A model generated the notes under the pieces. It was not told the origin of the DNA. It searched no databases and saw only the letters and a list, made by a program, of their open reading frames with translations. A DNA stretch of 35,574 nucleotides from the IMG/VR virus record IMGVR_UViG_3300032212_000092, positions 1 through 35,574 of that record; one strand, written 5' to 3'. Position numbers and translations under genes: made by a program. The stretch comes from a virus. Taxonomy: Duplodnaviria > Caudoviricetes. Positions 35,419 through 35,574 of this stretch are shown in pieces (positions within the stretch are counted from its first letter, which is position 1; each line of letters begins with the position of its first letter).

Positions 35419-35574
35419 ATGAAAATAACAGTAAAAAATATTAAAAAGGCTACGAATAGCAAAACAGCAGACGAAGCAGCAGCTAAAATTAAATGCTCAC
35501 GTCAAGCTTTATATAATTGGGAAAAAGAAGGGTTTATTGGGGAAAAGACGACTAAGGGATTAAATATTGCGAAC
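35419..35574 (+). CDS. Cro-like HTH regulator (69 aa); continues across the junction to a stop at 159-161
   Basis: MKITVKNIKKATNSKTADEAAAKIKCSRQALYNWEKEG...; missed by the linear ORF track. Confidence 0.75.
   Translation, partial: MKITVKNIKKATNSKTADEAAAKIKCSRQALYNWEKEGFIGEKTTKGLNIAN
35468..35574. repeat. Terminal direct repeat (copy 2)
   Basis: Identical to 1-107. Confidence 0.95.

Overview
The window is an apparently complete, circularly assembled ~35.47-kb genome of a P22-like podovirus: bases 1-107 are identical to 35468-35574. The host is probably a proteobacterium, inferred from sigma70-type promoters and P22-type virion genes. The late module runs TerS, TerL, P22-type portal, scaffold, coat, gp4/gp10-like tail proteins, three ejection proteins, tail fibre, amidase and holin-like genes. 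The early region holds recombination genes (ERF, SSB-like, Ref, NinB-like, RusA-like), a short replication-initiator-like protein and a Cro-like HTH gene spanning the assembly junction. I found no integrase, DNA polymerase, helicase or primase. Unusual elements are: (1) integron attC-like hairpins delimiting gene cassettes, one with exactly complementary GTTATGC/GCATAAC ends, although no integrase is encoded; (2) two candidate DNA-modification modules, a GREB1/TAGT-like glycosyltransferase with a small partner and an IbrB-X-IbrA (ParB-like + PAPS-reductase-like) operon; (3) a promoter-to-terminator small RNA carrying several anti-Shine-Dalgarno loops, next to a Met-Asp-stop minigene; (4) a CCA-ending tRNA-like RNA; (5) a covarying GNRA hairpin over the RBS of late genes; (6) a repeated GTAAAG operator in early promoters; (7) a (GGC NAC)n Gly-X protein coupled to a DUF6948-like gene; (8) an HExxH peptidase-like segment fused to the gp7-like ejection protein. 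Family assignments come from motif recognition, not database searches.
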